Made by a program: the position numbers and the translations under genes. Of a stretch of 64,000 nucleotides of DNA, positions 62,375-64,000 are shown one piece after another; the stretch's first letter is position 1; each line of letters opens with the position of its first letter. This stretch comes from Mobula hypostoma (taxonomy: Eukaryota): the NCBI RefSeq assembly GCF_963921235.1, contig NC_086105.1, forward strand, positions 139,872,001 to 139,936,000, in the 5' to 3' direction. A model generated the notes under the pieces. The model did not search any database, was not told the DNA's origin, and saw only the letters and a list, made by a program, of their open reading frames with translations.

Positions 62375-62566
62375 GATGAACCTCGTCAAAGGAAATCTAC
62401 CAGAAATTGTTTTTATTTCCAGTTACTCAATGGTTTTCAAGGATTTTCACACCCAACAACTATTGATGGGAACACCACTGAAATCTTTGTATATTTCAAT
62501 GCCTGCTCTGTATCTGCTGATGAAATCATTTCCTCTCAAAGAGAATACTCATTGTTGGCCAATAAT
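62375..62566 (-). promoter_or_regulatory. EPN2: EPN2 5'UTR part of the first coding exon, with two overlapping uORFs
   Basis: Acceptor gtttattttcacag|A at 62566; uORF1 62552-62526; uORF2 62529-62437. Confidence 0.6.
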
Positions 62567-64000
62567 CTGTGAAAATAAACATATAAATAACAGCATTTTA
62601 AGTCAGCTGCGTTAAATCTAATTCTTAAACATCTACATTTATACAGAAGCCAGCACAATGATTTCCAATGAATATATTTCAATTACAACAGTATGTATTC
62701 CATTATTTTAAAAATATATGCTTGTGAAAATAACTAATGTTAAAATCTGATATGGTCAAGAAGTTTTCCCACTGAAACTACTATATGCAATTATCTTGGA
62801 TTATTGAGCACCTGCTCAAATATTAATTCACAAGTCAATTGAACTTATTAAAAAAATAAAACTCATAAAAATTTGATAGGGCCACACACTTGTTCAATAA
62901 GCTATTAAGGAAATTACTGGCATTTCATTAAAAAAACGTTAAAGGGATGCTACAAGCTTTAGATAAATTGACACTAGCTTAAACAGAAGAATTATATAGA
63001 GCTATAGGCTTTCCAAAGATGGTGACAAATACAAGTATGTTACAATTAATATACAATGCAATGGTAAGCTCAGAAAATTCAGATCCTGTAAACAGCAATA
63101 AATGTCATGAGCTAGGTTTCCTTTTCATGGGGATACCATGACACATTAATGCACAAGGTTCTGCCCCAACAAGAGAAATACCAATAATTATGCTAACCTG
63201 CCAAAAAAGTGATAAATTATGAGCACACAGTGAGAACTCCTTTCATTGCCCCAGTGGCTATTACACACAAGAACAACCAGTAATGTACATCTAAAACTCA
63301 AAGAGAAAAGACCACATCCATTGATTTCAATTTACATCATACAGAATAAAAGATTTCCCAGTTGATATTTCACCTCACTCAAATTTCTTCCTATTTTAAC
63401 AAATGCTTTAAAATGGCTGCCTGTTAGGAGACGAAGCTTAAGGTTGTATAATGTATACATTGATAATAAATATACTTTGAAATAATACATCAAAATTTCA
63501 ATGAATACATTAAAAAATCAACTACTAAAATACATCAGTCATAACACCAAGCAGAACTATGTAGAATTATGCTACTCTGGCAGAAGAGGAAGATCAAAAG
63601 GTTATGCTAGCTTCATGAGGTAAGAGACTAATGCAACTATTTAATACAACAGATGCTGGTTAACTGCAATGATGCTCCAGCATAAAAATGCTGAAGAGAC
63701 CAAATAATCAAGTCCTTTGTATTTTTGTACAAGATTCATATCCCCTCAATCTATTTCTAATGGAGCAAATTTCAAGAAACAATTCAACCACCAAGTGGTT
63801 TTCCGTGCATGCTGAATACATTTCTGGAAAATATTTTACAGGTTATTTGTTGAGGCAAGATTCAACAAGTTATCTGTTGATGAAAGGTTACAAAATAGCA
63901 TTGTAAATTTTTAAAATAAAACTGGACCAATATCTTAAAAATTAGATTGCTCTAGTACAGATAATTTTTCACATTTATGAAGTACAATAGAATATATTAC

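Noticed and set aside
62375-62389. N-terminal extension MTRFI in the ORF track
   Set aside because: It starts at TTG; the conserved epsin start is the ATG at 62374.
1-64000. CRISPR arrays, operons, prokaryotic defence systems
   Set aside because: The sequence is spliced vertebrate DNA; no repeat-spacer array was seen, and all RT and nuclease ORFs belong to eukaryotic transposons.

Overview
Vertebrate nuclear DNA, most likely a cartilaginous fish; the CR1, V-SINE and Penelope repeat families resemble those of rays (inference). Two genes converge tail-to-tail, as at human 17p11.2. B9D1 (+): exons 3-7 lie at 13869-21945; exons 1-2 were not found and probably lie upstream of the window. EPN2/epsin-2 (-): complete CDS in 8 exons at 62374..29329, 1788 nt, 595 aa, with ENTH, two UIMs, DPW repeats and three NPF motifs, and a probable ~4.7 kb repeat-free 3'UTR. 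Introns are filled with CR1, Rex1/Babar-L2, Penelope, Hero (RLE) and RTE retroelements, SINEs, and Tc1/Tigger DNA transposons, often nested. The most unusual signal is a family of 30-300 bp insertions derived from the Penelope 3' terminus. Their consensus is a minimal type I hammerhead ribozyme, several have their own 9-15 bp target-site duplications, and some are fold-back palindromes. One copy (50815-51129) has captured an inverted ~176 bp copy of neighbouring EPN2 intron sequence through microhomology junctions. All alignments were done by eye, and comparisons to human proteins and repeat consensuses are from memory.
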